Notes: a model not told the origin generated them from the letters alone. 32,630 nucleotides of DNA from Octopus bimaculoides (GCF_001194135.2 NC_068983.1:155894443-155927072); one strand, 5' to 3'. Shown: positions 1 to 12,108, counted from the first letter of the stretch. Made by a program: numbers and translations.

Positions 1-38
<38 letters not shown>

Positions 39-81
39 GCTAAATTTATAAGTTCTAAAATTGCAGAATAATTTGTTGCTG

Positions 82-153
82 GGCAGTTTAGCTTAATGGT
101 AAAACACTTGCCGCATAATCACAGAGATGTGAGTTCGAGTCTCATGGCTGGCC
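82..153 (+). pseudogene. tRNA-Met(CAT)-like pseudogene or solitary tRNA-derived SINE head
   Basis: A box TAGCTTAATGG (89-99). T arm GTGAG/TTCGAGT/CTCAT (129-145). Acceptor GGCAGTT/GGCTGGC pairs 6 of 7, including 2 G-U. CAT sits in a 7-nt loop (112-118), but the anticodon stem pairs only 2 of 5. T4 run at 163-166. Confidence 0.55.
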
Positions 154-289
154 GGTAACGTATTTTATATGGATAATTTATGTTTATATTATATGTGTAT
201 ATATATATACATACATTATATACGTATATAAACATATATATATAATTAAAAAGTCAATAAAAGAAGAAAAATTAAAAAAGATGCTTTGT

Positions 290-620
290 TTATTTTAGTT
301 GTATCACAATATTATACCACAATATTAGCTTAATTTTAAACGATAAATTCACTTGAATTCTGCATCCTACTAAGTAGTTTGCTTGCATTTCAAAATTCCT
401 AAACATAGTCGTCAAATAAGTCATTTCGTAAGTTGAGACTAAAATAAACTTATTTTTCCTGAAGACATCTAACACTATATCGCTTATTACATCCATAAAA
501 GTTACAATTATTGATGATTCAGAAATTTTGTTAGATTGAAACATATGTAGAATTTCTTCTTGGATATGTTGGGGTTGTTTTGTTGATGCGGTTCTTTTAT
601 ACTTGTTCTTATAGGTATAT
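290..620 (-). mobile_element. Decayed Helitron PIF1-like helicase fragment (middle/C-terminal part)
   Basis: Hand translation across frames gives SESSIIVTFMDVISDIVLDVF, VYFS, YV*EF*N (387-407) and RLKLS*YCGIIL*YN (308-343). These resemble RAIL.P.N..V..IN..VL, Y.S.D, YP.EFLN and L.LK.G.PI.LLRN. Many stops and frameshifts. Confidence 0.35.
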
Positions 621-1669
621 CTTTTAATCTTTTAATCTTTCAATTTACATTACTTCTCTAATTGCGATACAAATAAAATGAACCAAGCATCTATTTTTAA
701 ATTTTTGTTCTCCATTTTCTTTTATTTACTTTTTAATTGTATAAGATTGTATGCATGTGTGCGTGTCTTTGCATGTGTGTGTGTTTGCATACGTGCTCTG
801 TTATGTATAGATGTGCCTCTATATGTGTCCTTGTGTGAAGTGTGCGTGTATATTGTCATGTGTTTCAGATTTCATTTGCGCATATATGTGTGGCATGTGT
901 GTATGTTCATATTACCTATATACCTATCTATCTATACGGGTTCTAGTGAGTAGTATGAATGTAATTTTACTCTACCCATCTACAGACAAAGAACACACAG
1001 ACACATAAAAATGCAGAATACATGCATACAAACGCACACACGTGCATACAATCGTGCACACATGCATACATATATATGTATACACACATATACATACTTA
1101 CATATGTGTATGCGCACGCACACTGACCCACACACATGCGCACGCGCAAACAAAAAGAACGCAGCTCGGGTAGCGAACAGAGTCAACGATTATTGAAAAT
1201 GTTGCAAGATGCAACGAAAAGTTTGGCAAAAATAAATAGGAAAATGAATGGAAATTGAACCGGTGAGTGTGTTAATTAATATGGCACTAAAAGAGAACGA
1301 CTCTCTCCGGACAAAATAAAATATGCTTCAGCATACGAAATCACATAAAGATTTATATATATGGCAGATGACATGAGAAGATCATTAAAAGTTTTGTCGG
1401 TGTCCTGTTGATGCTTCATGTTACGATCCCGCGCACCACCGGGCCGAGTGTGTATGTGTGTGCGGCTGGGTAAAGTCACAACAAACCGATTCATCCATTT
1501 TCTAGAAGTGCTCTGTCGATGTTTCAGGTTTCCAATCCTGCGCAACGCAGCATGGCCCAGCAGCATGTCTGCTTTCTATGTTATCCATGTCTGAACTATA
1601 CAGTGCAAAATGTTCATACTAAAAAACATACTGCTGTTGTGACTCACAGCCATTTGAGTTTGACCGCAT

Positions 1670-1745
1670 GACCAATTCCGGAAGCTACGCTCGCCGCCTG
1701 CAATTAGTCTCACCTCCTGTGTCCCTTCCGCCATTTAGTCGGACA
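1670..1745. promoter_or_regulatory. Candidate CpG-rich promoter/first-exon region
   Basis: CCAAT (1672-1676), palindromic ETS-like TTCCGGAA (1676-1683) and YY1-like CCGCCATTT (1728-1736) lie in a GC/CpG-rich island within AT-rich DNA. Confidence 0.3.
1714..1734 (-). CDS. Candidate first coding exon MAEGTQE (partial gene running off the left end)
   Basis: Minus strand reads AAA ATG GCG GAA GGG ACA CAG GAG then GTGAGA: good Kozak context and a near-consensus phase-0 donor. No downstream exon identified. Confidence 0.35.
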
Positions 1746-1754
1746 AGTAAATAT

Positions 1755-2150
1755 AGAGTGTCCCAAATTAATGATGATTTGAGTGAAATCGGATGCATCT
1801 TTTTTAAAACTCACTTTTTTTAATTTTCATCATGTTTACTGTGCTAAAGTGTATAAATTTTGAATTTTGCTTATAATGTTATTTTCATTCTTATTGGACC
1901 CTCCTATTTGTCCATAACAGCCTCTTTTCAATTTGTCAGCAATTATCTTCTTTACCTCCATCCCCAAGACAGAGCAATATATATATGTTAAATAATGATA
2001 GATATATAATGTACTGTTCCGTGACAGAAAATTGAGTAAATAAATTACTCCATCTGATGAGGGATAAATATTATTCATTTATTAAAAACACACAATACAT
2101 ATCTTTAAGTGCTACTAATAGTTTTATGTGTTGAGAAATATCTCATATTC
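1755..2150 (-). mobile_element. Decayed Helitron helicase N-terminal fragment (Walker A to Walker B region)
   Basis: GVIYLLNFLSRNSTLYIY (about 2052-2000) resembles G.FFLD.PGGTGKTFL. IIADKLKRG (about 1948-1920) resembles IAA.LL.GG. SLIWD (1774-1760) resembles LIIWDE. Catalytic residues are mostly lost. Confidence 0.3.
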
Positions 2151-2294
2151 AACAAGCCCAAACCACATATCAAAACGAACAAAAAATATTAAATAAGAAA
2201 CGCAAAAAGATAACTCAGAAGGTACACACATACAGGCACACACATACACGTTACGATTTTACCAATATAACATTTTACGTATTAAATATATACG

Positions 2295-2345
2295 TCCAGC
2301 ATGGCCGAAGTCAAATGACTGAAACAAGTAAAAGAAATAAAAGAG
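2295..2345 (+). mobile_element. 3' tail fragment of OK-type octopus SINE
   Basis: CCAGCATGGCCGAAGTCAAATGACTGAAACAAGTAAAAG matches the 3' end of the copy at 28200-28250. Confidence 0.7.
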
Positions 2346-2349
2346 ATGT

Positions 2350-2363
2350 GGGTGTGTGTGGGT

Positions 2364-2438
<75 letters not shown>

Positions 2439-2490
2439 TGTCTGTGTGTATGTCTGTGAGTGTGTGTGTATGTGTGTGTCTGTGTGTCTG
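2350..2490. repeat. (TG)n microsatellite
   Basis: Long perfect TG run with degenerate flanks. Confidence 0.95.
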
Positions 2491-2699
2491 TCCGTGCATG
2501 TCTCTGAGTAAGTATGCCTGTACGTTATATTTGTGTATGAGTGTGTATTCACATATATAAGCTTTTGTTTGCTCAATTTTGACTAGCATGTAGGTTGAGG
2601 TATTTACATTCATTTCCTTTTCTATATTTTCACACACACTTATGTCTTGTATTGTTTTTCATTCTCTTGTTTTATCTGCCCTCATCATTTTATTTCATA

Positions 2700-3660
2700 C
2701 TTGCTATGTTTCTTATTATTTTAAGGTTACCTAACGGTTTATTTTCACTTTAGCTCTAAAATAGATTACCGTATTCTTTCTATTGTATTTTCCCCAATTC
2801 TTACTTTATTAACAAACACTTATACATATCTATACATATCTACAAGACGCAACTTTCTGAAAGATTACTTTTACTTAGACTGCATAAATAATATATTTAA
2901 TTTAATCTACACCTTTCTATAATATTTAGACATTATTCGACTCCATGACATACTATAATATGGTAAGTCAATCTATCTTCTTAATATTAACAATATAAGT
3001 AAATTGTCTTCCACAACTATTACTATTGCATATCATTTCTCGTAATCTTATTTTACCCCAAATAATCCATAGTAGACTAAACTAATTTGTAACTATTCCT
3101 ATGGCTTCTAGAAAATCTCCAATTTCGAATAACTTCGTATAAATTTATAACTTTTCCCAATTAACCCACAAAAGACTTAACTAATTCAAAAGTATTGCTG
3201 TCTTCTAGAGTTTCTCGAATTTTATATAACTTGTTATAAACTCAAAACTTTGGAATATAACAACTACCTTTATCTATGCTAAGTTTTATAACCCATAATT
3301 TAGATCGCACCTTTTACTCTCAGATAATTTTTAACACTTTATCAGTTAAAAGGTTAAGCTCTAGATATTGTATATGCACTCTAAAACTTAGAGATTCGTG
3401 TATAATAGTCAATTTAACTAACATTCGACTGAATACTGACTCGGTTCAAATTTAATTTTATAGCTAACCTATGTCTTCCGATATTCATTCAAATAAAGAA
3501 TTAAACGCTCTAAATTTTAAAATTTACCCTTATTAAATCTATGTTCATACATCATTAATCATTATATAACTATGGATTTCGGTTGACGTATTTTCAAAAT
3601 TGCTTGCTTCCGAACCTTTCTATTCAAATTTATCTTATATCTGTCATTCCCTTTTCTTAA
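2700..3660 (-). mobile_element. Decayed Helitron RepHel fragment (post-Rep region)
   Basis: In order: LRKGNDR (3660-3640), TEIHSY, LERLILYL (3514-3490), IDKGSCYIP, DSNTFELVKSFVG (3203-3165), FLEAIGI (3114-3094). These match KG.DR, DEI..Y, V.RL..HL, IGR.Y.V.P, GPTSF..LKTV.G and F.EAC..LGL. Confidence 0.5.
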
Positions 3661-3721
3661 TTGTATTATTTCATTTATGTATCAACTGTATGCAACCAAA
3701 GCCCTAAATATTAGTTTACAG

Positions 3722-3879
3722 TGTATCCTTTAGAGATGAAAAGCGAATACAATCACCAAATAGGTCGAAGGACACCTCTGCCGACGACAAGACGTACTGG
3801 ACAACGGCTACATCAGGGAGGCTCTCACTATCTTCAACGCTTTAAATTAGAGGATTTATCTGTACCAAAGAGAAAAGGA
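3722..3879 (+). CDS. Candidate isolated exon, unknown protein
   Basis: Acceptor TTTACAG (ends 3721) and donor GTGAGT (3880). One open frame: YPLEMKSEYNHQIGRRTPLPTTRRTGQRLHQGGSHYLQRFKLEDLSVPKRKG. GC-richer than its flanks. No recognisable homology. Confidence 0.3.
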
Positions 3880-4219
3880 GTGAGTTTGTTTGCGTTCATC
3901 TATAACATTCAGAATTTGGAAAATATGCATTTGTAAAGAGATTCCTTAAACGCGAATGAAATATGAATAATAGCTTATAAGTTGTCGAGTAAAACATCCC
4001 GTAAAACATTGACGATAGATTACAAATACCACACGCCCATGCACCATACGTACATAGGTAATACATATATACATCCACACATATATCAATATGTATATAT
4101 ATATATCGTGTACACACACCTAATATATGCACTGTGTATATAATATATATATATATATATATATATCATATGCATATACTTGCGTATTATTTACATACAT
4201 GCATAACTATATACAAACA

Positions 4220-4224
<5 letters not shown>

Positions 4225-4273
<49 letters not shown>
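4225..4273. repeat. Compound (TA)n(GA)n microsatellite
   Basis: Direct reading. Confidence 0.95.
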
Positions 4274-4274
<1 letters not shown>

Positions 4275-4327
4275 ATTGAATATTGAACATTGCTGATCTA
4301 TATTTTACTATGTCTGTAACTCGGCAG

Positions 4328-4366
<39 letters not shown>

Positions 4367-6528
4367 TATGAATATATATATGAGTGTATGAGTGAGTGTG
4401 TATGTGTGTGTGTGTGCGTGCGTGCATGTGTGGTTGTTTATTTATCAGAATCTGCATCTATTTATCTATTACCTAATATACCTTCGCCTCTCGCCTGAGT
4501 GTCTGTAACTCGTTTTATTTTTCCGTACATCTATCTTTTATACAAGTAACTAGGCATCTTTCTGTTTCTCTCTTTCTCTCTCTCTCGCTGTCTCTCTCTC
4601 CTCCCCTTCTCTCTGTATACCGCCTTCTCTTTCTTTCTTCCAGTCTGTCTACCTAGCTCCACCACATCTCCGCATATCTATCTGTTTTGTTTGTCTTGCT
4701 AAAGGAATTGGGGTCGATTGCGGAGTGGCAGTTGACTGTTATTTACTGCAATAATTGATGTTGTTATACTGTTAAATGAGCCGTTATCTTTCAATGATGT
4801 TGATTAATGGAAGGACAATTCAGTGTGTAATTATTATAATTATATACTCACGATACGAAGATCGTTAGTTTTCATTCATGAAACATTAAACGTTATTTAT
4901 CTGTTACATTAATAGGTCCCTGACTGAATAACTGATTGTCTGCTTTCTACAATGAGTGTTTTATAGAAAAAATTAGTTGTACACAAATTTATTACGTAAA
5001 TTATCTGTCTACAGTCAGTAAGAGGCGGACGTTACTTCGCGTGAATAATATTTTTCTCATTCATAATAATCCGATATACAATAAACAAAAAAATTATGCT
5101 TATATTCCACAAGGCTTAAAACCCGCTTTATATTCAACCGAACTAAAACTGTCTCTACAAAACTTCTTTTGATATTTTCATTGAACATTTACATTCAACA
5201 TTTTAAGCATAGTAACAAATATTTAGTCATAATAATCTAACTGAAGGTCTACATTCTTCAATATTGAAATGTTACAATATGAAAACAGATAAGACATTTG
5301 GAATAGCTTGGAATAGTTTGGATGAATTCAGTCTTTCGACATACTTCTAAAGAAATTACATATTGATGACTTCCATTCTTAAAGGGTTAGCCATTTCGTC
5401 AAAATTTTAAGTCAACTTTCCTCATTATTTTCCAGACAACATCTTAATGATAATAGCGTTAATTATTCTACGTTATTAAATTAGTCTAAATTCTTGAATA
5501 TTTTCAGAATTAACTGAAATACATCCGCCGTGTATTTCATGAGAAATATAGCAATGAAGCGCATAAGTCTCGCTCGCCGTAGAAGAGAATTAATAAACGA
5601 ACGACGCTTATGAGGAATATAAAGCAAAACTATATCCAAAGATGTTTATGTTTTCTGTGACGCGACAGTCCTAATGATGATTACTAGAATTAGCAGAAAG
5701 TTACGATTTCTATGCAAGTGATGTAATTGATTAAATCAATCTCATTAGTTGATTGGGTCTCAGTATATCGAACGTGGATTGATGTAGTAAGAAGTCCTGT
5801 GGGATTAAAACCAAAAGCATAAATTGATGAAATTAAATAGAAGCCATATTGTTAAGGTCTTCTGATTTTACCAGTATTCTAATAACAATAAAGCATTTCT
5901 TTACTATCGAGGATAATACTAATAATTATGTTAATATAATATAAAGAAACTATATCCCAATCTGTCCATCCCGTGTGTGTTTCGTTTAGAGAAACGAACA
6001 CGAACATCGCAGACAAACGGACAGTAGATATACAAAGTGAGAATGACGGAACTGCTATTTGTTAAGGGATATATCTCTCAAAATATATGCTGTTGTATCT
6101 AAGTGTTTTAATCTATTTATTCATTATATCCTACTAACTTTATCTAACCTATTATATCCTACTAGCCTTATCAAACCTCATCGACCCGTGTTGCTTTCTT
6201 TAATAGCCAATGTTTATATTCAGATTCCTTCATTTTCAGTGGACAGGGCAAAATCCTTACAAATCATGCCCTTACATGACTAGCTAACATTTGTGTGTTT
6301 TGTATTAGGTATTATGTATTTAACTGTGAGTTGAAGTAGATTTTCATGTTTGTCTACCTCGGCTAATCTTAATTATCTCCTTTAAGATACATGTAATGTA
6401 CGGAACCATATGTGCAAGCATGTTCTTATAGTTAGAAAGGTCACTTCAGAACAATGCGTGTCCATGCTTGAGGTCACCAGGCTGAATCTTAGACAAGAGT
6501 CTCTGGCCATAACCAAGTGTGAATCTGT

Positions 6529-6780
6529 GGAGGTGCATGGTTTAGTAGTTAGGGCGTTGGATTCATTATCGTAAGATTGTGGTTTCGACTCCTGGATAGG
6601 GTGACGCTTTGTGTTCTTGAGCAAAATACTCCATTTTCCGTTGTTTCAGTCCGCTCAGCTGACAAAAATGTGTAATCTTGTGATGGACAAGCGTCTCGTT
6701 CGGGGTGGGGTGGGGGAATATATACGCTATGGCAACCAGTAAACCGGCCTCATGAGACTACATGACTCGGGAAAGAACTT
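6529..6780 (+). mobile_element. tRNA-derived SINE (octopus OR-like family)
   Basis: tRNA-like head GGAGGTGCATGGTTTAGTAGTTAGGG with B box GGTTTCGACTCC, followed by the TTGTGTTCTTGAGCAAAATACT core segment. The same head recurs at 14907-14975. Confidence 0.8.
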
Positions 6781-7710
6781 TGCTACTTTACTAATTGTTA
6801 AACTATAATTTATGAATAAAATGTGGACTTCAATGCAGGAGTTCTGTATATATATCTATTGCGCTGCAGGCATTACGCTTACTTATTGCTAGATGATCTT
6901 CATGCATTGATTGTCACTGACCGTGTAACTGATTTCTGATATTTAAGATGTAACATAACAAGCGTTTAAAATTATTGAAAAGGTTATATAAAAATGAAAT
7001 GAGAAGGCTATAATAAACATGGAAACAAGTAAGATATAACATCAATGAAAATATAGTGTAAAGATAACTCTACATATACCAGTATACCAGCACACGTGTG
7101 TCGACATATACAAGTATATACATATTCAAATATAACTCCCCCCCACCCAAAAAAAAACAGAGATACCCATACACAGAAACTCACAACCACTCATGTTTAA
7201 ACATCCACGAATTCTACGATAACTATGTAGTAACAAGGTAACGGTAACTATGTATTATGTTTCATATTTTTTACCTTTTAATATAAACTGTTATCCATAT
7301 TTTTACAAAACACAACTCATAAAACCTGTTAAAAAATACATTTATACCGTCATGCTAAATTTTATATTCACCAATATATTTTGATATCTTGTATTTTCGT
7401 ATTTCGTATCATGTGTATGCGTAAGTGTGTACATGTGTATGAGTATATTTTTGTGCGTGTATCTGTGTATTTGTACATGGAAAATAGTACATATATACTT
7501 ACATGCATGTATATATACACGATTCTTTATATATTCTATAATTGCTTTTAATAAATCTTGCTTTATTTACATCTTGATACACACTTATTTTAATACACAT
7601 CACATTTTAATATTCAAATTATAATATACCTAGATATTACATCTATAGAGAATGTCATACAGAATATATACATTCTTACATTTATACATCACTCTCTCTG
7701 TCTCAACATA

Positions 7711-7749
7711 TTCATACCAACCAAAACTTCATACCAACCAAAACTTCAT
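7711..7749. repeat. 17-bp tandem duplication TTCATACCAACCAAAAC x2.3
   Basis: Direct reading. Confidence 0.9.
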
Positions 7750-8164
7750 CCTTTTATTGCTATATGCGTAGCTAGTTCACGCAGAACGTGTTACATTTCT
7801 TATCTGTTCTGTAATCAACACTGCTGCATTCAAAATCTAGTGGCGAAAATCATTATCCATGTATACTTACACAGCGCATCAGCAAATTTATTTGTATTAA
7901 TTAGTTGAGTTGTTTTCTTCCCGAATGTCGTAGTGCAGTGTTCAAAAGCACATAGTCAAAAATCTGTTTTTAGTTAAGTTACATAATATTTTCATTCCAA
8001 ATATCGCCAGGTGCATCTTAGCTTTTCATCATTTTGCAGTCGATAAACAAGTAACAGCAATATAGTACGACAGAATAATAATCAATTCTTTCTATATGTA
8101 AAACTGGGCATCTATTTTTATTAATGTTATTACTGATGCATGTCCCAAAAACAGCAGTCGACAT

Positions 8165-8270
8165 ATCCCTTTACTGACCGGACAGTCTCGGCTTTACGCC
8201 GTTGCCTCTTCAGTAGGGTCGGCTCGACTCGGCTGATTTGGGAGAAAGTCTCCGTCAGTACATATGGCTG
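8165..8270 (-). other. GC-rich foldback element containing a hammerhead-core-like motif
   Basis: Ends TACTGAC.../...GTCAGTA are inverted. Minus strand reads CTGAAGA-GGC(11 nt)GCC-GAGA-C(6 nt)GTC. Confidence 0.35.
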
Positions 8271-9791
8271 CACCAATGTATCAGGGAAATTTTACCATAA
8301 AATATAAATTATTTTAATTATAATGATCTTCTCTAATTGGCTTTTCATTTGAGGAGTGTCAAAATCTCCACATAAACTTATTTTAATTGAGAAAGATATA
8401 TAAGTACATTGGATCCAAGTTTAAGGGGCATATGGCCTCTGGGACATAATGAAATCGTTGAAACAAATCTCCACTTCTGAATTACCATAAAAAAAACTCC
8501 TGAATGTGACGGCAACATTCAGGGAATGAACAAAGCGATGATAGCTTACGTTACTCTACTGACACTGATTGTATTGAGGAAAGCCTACCGCGTCAATGTC
8601 GTCCGGGATGTTAAATAAGTTATTATTTCTTCAAATTCAGTTCTGCATAGGGATGTAATATCCAAACAATGACTTGTCAACATGAAGATATCAAACGTTT
8701 CCTTCCCATCATTTTACGTTTTAACGTTAATCTTTTTCTCCAACAGAAATATAGTTTTCGCTTTTAGATAACATACATTTTTAGGAGTTGAAGCATTAGT
8801 CAATATACAAAGTCCCCATTTTGAAATACACAATGTAATAATAAGCTGGCAATAAATTACATTCATGTGAACTATGCACGACTATTTTACAATCGTAAAT
8901 GACAGTAGAAGAGACACCTAAGCAAAGGTCAAACAGGTAAGTCATAAACATATTTCCATGCCAGGATCCTACATTTTACTATTTATATAAACTTCAAATC
9001 AGTTTCTAACTTAATACACGATATAGAGACAATAAAAGCAACTCAATAACTTAGCCGAGTTGACCATTATGTATTTACATTGATACATTATCTATTTACG
9101 TTGGTGTATAATCTGACTAGATACAAAGAAGAGTCGTATATGTCAACATGAAATAATAGAAACACAGACAAAAGGAGAGGAAAAAATATAACAGCGCCAG
9201 AATGTTCCCGGCCCATTTATGAGTTTTCTTGATGTTACTTTAGACATTAATGGACAAAAGCTAATTCCAAGAAAGACACGTCAATGACTAAGCAATTTTA
9301 AAAGAAACATGTGAGGTCGAAGTTTAGATAAGTGCTTGATAGTACAAAATCAATATTTTATTCCATGTTTAGATATATATTTAAAGTTCTTCTAAAGTTA
9401 TTTTAATGTAAAAAATAAGAAAATAGAAGTATATCTCCGTGAGAACCGAATATTCATCATTTCGTTCATTGTGGGTTGCATACGTTTATTCAAGTTTATT
9501 ACGACGAGAAGTTTGAGTACTTTTCTCATCAAACTTATTGTTTCATTAAATATCTAGAGAAAACATCCAGGTGGGGAGACGAAAATTGTTGATTTATAGT
9601 AAAAACAGTTCGAAAATATATAAACTAATATACAGAAAAATCAAATGAATGTAACATTTTTCTGTCTTTTTAAAACTATGCGTCTGATAGAGATCCATTC
9701 CCGTGACTAATACCGCAGTTTAGAAGGCTTTTAGTATATACTCATTTTAAGTATGTATTCACACAGCCACGACTACACCTATACATATATC

Positions 9792-10162
9792 GTGGCACTC
9801 CGTCGGTTACGACGACGAGGGTTCTAGTTGATCCGATCAACGGAACAGCCTGCTCGTGAAATTAACGTGTAAGTGGCTGAGCACTCCACAGACACGTGTA
9901 CCCTTAGCGTAGTTCTCGGAGAGATTCAGCGTGACGCAATGTGACAAGGCTAGCTCTTTGAAATACAGGTACAACAGAAAGAATGAGTGAGAGAAAGTTG
10001 TGGCGAAGGAGTACAGCAGGATTCGCCACCACCCCCTGCCGGAGCCTCGTGGAGCTTTGGGTGTTTTCACTCAATAAACACTCATAACGTCCGGTCTTGG
10101 AATCGTAACCGCGATCCCACGACCACAAGTCCGCTGCCATAACCACTGAGCCATTGCGCCTA
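9792..10162 (-). mobile_element. Full-length tRNA-derived SINE (octopus OR-type)
   Basis: Minus strand head AGGCGCAATGGCTCAGTGGTTATGGCAGCGGACT...GGTTACGATTCC with A and B boxes. About 370 bp, ending ...GATCGGATCAACTAGAACCCTCGTCGTCGTAACCGACGGAGTGCCA. Well-preserved CpGs suggest a young copy. Confidence 0.9.
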
Positions 10163-10183
10163 CACACGCAGACAAACACACAC

Positions 10184-10905
10184 NNNNNNNNNNNNNNNNN
10201 NNNNNNNNNNNNNNNNNNNNNNNNNNNNNNNNNNNNNNNNNNNNNNNNNNNNNNNNNNNNNNNNNNNNNNNNNNNNNNNNNNNNNNNNNNNNNNNNNNNN
10301 NNNNNNNNNNNNNNNNNNNNNNNNNNNNNNNNNNNNNNNNNNNNNNNNNNNNNNNNNNNNNNNNNNNNNNNNNNNNNNNNNNNNNNNNNNNNNNNNNNNN
10401 NNNNNNNNNNNNNNNNNNNNNNNNNNNNNNNNNNNNNNNNNNNNNNNNNNNNNNNNNNNNNNNNNNNNNNNNNNNNNNNNNNNNNNNNNNNNNNNNNNNN
10501 NNNNNNNNNNNNNNNNNNNNNNNNNNNNNNNNNNNNNNNNNNNNNNNNNNNNNNNNNNNNNNNNNNNNNNNNNNNNNNNNNNNNNNNNNNNNNNNNNNNN
10601 NNNNNNNNNNNNNNNNNNNNNNNNNNNNNNNNNNNNNNNNNNNNNNNNNNNNNNNNNNNNNNNNNNNNNNNNNNNNNNNNNNNNNNNNNNNNNNNNNNNN
10701 NNNNNNNNNNNNNNNNNNNNNNNNNNNNNNNNNNNNNNNNNNNNNNNNNNNNNNNNNNNNNNNNNNNNNNNNNNNNNNNNNNNNNNNNNNNNNNNNNNNN
10801 NNNNNNNNNNNNNNNNNNNNNNNNNNNNNNNNNNNNNNNNNNNNNNNNNNNNNNNNNNNNNNNNNNNNNNNNNNNNNNNNNNNNNNNNNNNNNNNNNNNN
10901 NNNNN
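10184..10905. other. Assembly gap (N run)
   Basis: N bases. Other gaps: 11822-12066, 16133-16142, 18716-18725, 20672-20962 and 31564-32070, nearly all flanked by microsatellites. Confidence 1.
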
Positions 10906-11033
10906 ATATATATATACATACATACATACATGTGTGTGTGTATGTTTGTGTATGTATATGTATATGTACATGTAAGCATTTATGTATATATGTGTGACTG
11001 TATATGTATATATGTATATATGCATATAAAGAT

Positions 11034-11035
<2 letters not shown>

Positions 11036-11082
<47 letters not shown>
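11036..11082. repeat. (TG)n microsatellite
   Basis: Direct reading. Confidence 0.95.
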
Positions 11083-11086
<4 letters not shown>

Positions 11087-12066
11087 TAATATAGGCAGCA
11101 GTTTACCAATCTCCAACCAAAAAGAAAGTCTACTTCTCATTAAATATGTTTGAGTCCTTTTTGATCACCTACAACGCTAGAAACAAGCGCTAATGCGGTT
11201 TAATGACAATTATGGTTTTCGTTTTTGGTAACACATTGCTAAATCGCCGCCTGCATTAAATATTTGTATATATATGTTAGCGATTCTGTATTTTGATATT
11301 ACACTTAGACATTGCGATACCAATAACCTATATATATATAAGGAACAGATTCGCTTCCCCCAGACACAGCCAAATTGCACTGGGCGGACATATTGACAGA
11401 TGCGCAGGTGATAAAACGCCGAACTTCCTTATCTCCGTCCTGTACCAGTGCAAAGATTCAATTTCAGTGCAAGAACGACTAAATAAAGAGAACTTATTCA
11501 AAAATATAAACCACCACTCAATATTCAAATCTGACAACCTTAAAAACTATCCTAAGGAAGTAGTTATCCCCCTTGACACCCATTACTTCCCTTGGTTCAC
11601 TCCCTAGACCCTTTCTTATTTTTCAAACTCTTTCATCGTGCGAATTAATCACTATACAATACCCCTTGAAAAGCTAATTTAAATAGCGAAAACCGGTCGG
11701 ATTTTACAACACCCATATAATATGTATATATTTATATTAAAAAAAATATTACACTATGTGAAACGTAGGCATTTTTCTTCAACTTTCTTTACATATTTTC
11801 AAACTATATATATATATATATNNNNNNNNNNNNNNNNNNNNNNNNNNNNNNNNNNNNNNNNNNNNNNNNNNNNNNNNNNNNNNNNNNNNNNNNNNNNNNN
11901 NNNNNNNNNNNNNNNNNNNNNNNNNNNNNNNNNNNNNNNNNNNNNNNNNNNNNNNNNNNNNNNNNNNNNNNNNNNNNNNNNNNNNNNNNNNNNNNNNNNN
12001 NNNNNNNNNNNNNNNNNNNNNNNNNNNNNNNNNNNNNNNNNNNNNNNNNNNNNNNNNNNNNNNNNN

Positions 12067-12108
<42 letters not shown>

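Noticed and set aside
2700-3660. Ty3/Gypsy RT-RNase H reading (VKSFVG, YGLFGV, IYFRAK)
   Set aside because: First impression only. The Helitron reading explains more motifs in order and with better spacing.
5508-5660. Exon-like segment after TTTTCAG (MKRISLARRRRELINERRL)
   Set aside because: All three frames from the acceptor hit stops and there is no good donor.
11293-11660. 104-aa ORF; LINE RT-like words on both strands (NHHSI...WF, AFYHLR)
   Set aside because: The similarities are short, conflict between strands and have wrong spacing; not supportable without a search.
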